In this document: positions 62,244 to 64,000 of the stretch, one piece after another
How positions within the stretch are numbered: position 1 is the first letter of the stretch
How the letters are laid out: each line of letters starts with the position of its first letter
Assembly: GCF_018350175.1 (NCBI RefSeq)
Contig: NC_058368.1
Location: 184,638,001 to 184,702,000, forward strand
DNA from: Felis catus
Taxonomy: Eukaryota
Length of the DNA stretch: 64,000 nucleotides
Reading direction: 5' to 3'
Position numbers and translations under genes: made by a program
The notes under the pieces: generated by a model
The model's input: the letters and a program-made list of their open reading frames with translations, nothing else
Database searches by the model: none
What the model was told of the DNA's origin: nothing

Positions 62244-62852
62244 ACAAACTACAAGTCTTAAAATAGTTCTAGAACAGACTATATACTTAATGTTAAAGTA
62301 CATATGAAAGAATGGGGATTGAGAAGAAAGAGTTAAACACTTTTAATGCTAAATTATTCTGAATTATTTTATTTCCATATATTTCCATGTACAATTTTGG
62401 AAAACAGAAACAAAAAGGAAGATTATAGTTATGTCTGGGAGGTAAGATTACAGGACATATTTGATTTTCTCCTTCATAGTTTTATATTTTTCCTAATTCT
62501 CTTCCACAGGAAAATACTTTTTTTTTATTCAGAGGCAGAATAAACATTAAAAGTAAAACAAAAAGGACTTCAACTGCTAACAATATAGCCAACCAGATAT
62601 GTGGTGTACTTGACGTTCTAGTTGAAATGTATTTTTTAAAGACATTGCTTTTTAAAATTTGTGACTAAGAATTCCTTAAAAAGAGAAAACAGAATAACAC
62701 AATGGACAAGAAGAGAATAAACTGATCACCTTCTAAATTCAAAGTGAAGCTTATTGAAATGCTGATTAACAAAGTATAAAGTTAAATATGCATGTTAAAC
62801 TTTTTTACTGAAAGCTATATAAAAAAAAGTAGAGTACCAATTTTCATACCAG

Positions 62853-63183
62853 TTTTTCTTTCAATTTTTTATTTAAATTCTAGTTAGTTGACATATATAG
62901 TAAAATTGGGTCTCAGTAATAGAATTTAGTGATTCATCATTTACATATAACACCCAGTGCTCATCAGAAGTGTCCTCCTTTATACCCATCACCCATTTAG
63001 TACAACACCTGCCCACCTCCCTCCATCAACCCTGTTTGTATTCTTTTACCTTTGCAAATACCTTTAACTAGGTTTTCACAATTTAATACCAGTCAAACAC
63101 AAAGGTCATTTTCTAATGTTTATTTATTTTGAAAGAGAGAGAGATAGTATGTGTTAAGGGGGCACAGGGGCAGAGAAAGAGAC

Positions 63184-63222
<39 letters not shown>

Positions 63223-64000
63223 CCCAAGCAGTCTCTGCACTGTCAGCATAGCCTCTCTCATAGCCTCAGATATCCTTCCATCTCTTTTTTTTTCCCTTCC
63301 CCTATGTTCATGTGTTTTGTTTCTTAAATATCATATATAAGTGAAATCATACGGTATTTCTCTTCTTCCTGACTTATTTCACTTAGCATAATACACTCTA
63401 GCCCCATCCATATCATTGCAAATGGCAAGATTTCATTCTTTTTGATGGCTGAGTAATATTCCATGGTATATTTATACTACCTCTTCTTTATCCATTAATG
63501 AGTTAATGAGCATTTGGGCTCTCTCCATAATTTAGCTATTGTTGATAATGCTGCAACAAATATCAGGGTACAGGTGCCCTGTTCGAATCAGTATTTTTGT
63601 GTCCTTTGGGTAAATGCCTAGCAGTGCAATTGTTAGGTCATATGGCAGTCTATCTTTACCTTTTTGACAAACCTCCATACTGTTTTCCAGAGTGGCTGTA
63701 GTAGCTTGTATTCTCACCAACAATGCAAAGAGGTTTCCTCTATCTCCACAACCTTGCCAATAGCTGTTTCCTGTGTTGTTGATTTTAGCCATTCTGACAG
63801 GTGTGAGGTGGTATCTCATCAAGGTTTTGATTCTTATTTCCCTCATAATGATGATGTTGAGCATCTTTTCATGTGTCTGTTGGTCATCTGGATGTATTCT
63901 TTGGAAAAATGTCTGTTCACGTCTTCTGTCCATTGCTTAACTGGATGATGTATTTTTTGCATGTTTAATTTGATAAGTTTTTTATAGATTTTGGATACTA
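62853..64000 (-). mobile_element. Carnivore L1 (L1_Carn-like) 3' end, continuing past the window edge
   Basis: T-rich tail, reverse 3' UTR (acatataacacccagtgctcatc; tgacttatttcacttagcataata); ORF 63532-63933 has [13 protein letters not shown] and LPYDLTIALLGIYPKD. Confidence 0.93.
63053..63254 (+). repeat. Dispersed duplicate of 61962-62142 (unique flank plus SINE 3' half) inserted in the L1 3' UTR
   Basis: tgcaaatacctt..actaggtttt..acaatttaat.ccagtcaaacacaaaggtc...gaatcccaagcagtctctgcactgtca.catagcct occurs at both places. Confidence 0.92.

Overview
This is eukaryotic, mammalian DNA, almost certainly from a felid (cat lineage), judged by about 23 CanSINEs including young SINEC_Fc-type copies and by carnivore-type L1s. 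It is AT-rich non-coding sequence, either intronic or intergenic. I recognise no host protein-coding exon, RNA gene, CRISPR array or prokaryotic feature. Nearly all listed ORFs are chance or repeat-derived. The only real protein signals are the decayed ORF1/ORF2 of L1 elements and a fossil hAT-Charlie transposase. Main contents: a full-length but inactivated L1 (28331-35190) nested in a SINE tail; a second, 5'-truncated L1 of the same lineage (59207-60364) with an internal deletion and an apparent 3' transduction; many old L1M, L2, MIR, MaLR/ERV LTR and DNA-transposon fossils; and microsatellites. The most notable observation is that the two young L1 copies, 26 kb apart and with independent insertion signatures, share the same ORF2-killing lesions (a stop, a +7 insertion and a -1 deletion that throw the catalytic FADD motif out of frame). 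This suggests either an RT-dead L1 parent mobilised in trans or gene conversion. Also notable are a locally templated 200-bp insertion (63053-63254), a twin-primed inverted L1, and CTCF-like motifs carried by transposons. Repeat family names come from my recall of consensus sequences, not from a database search.
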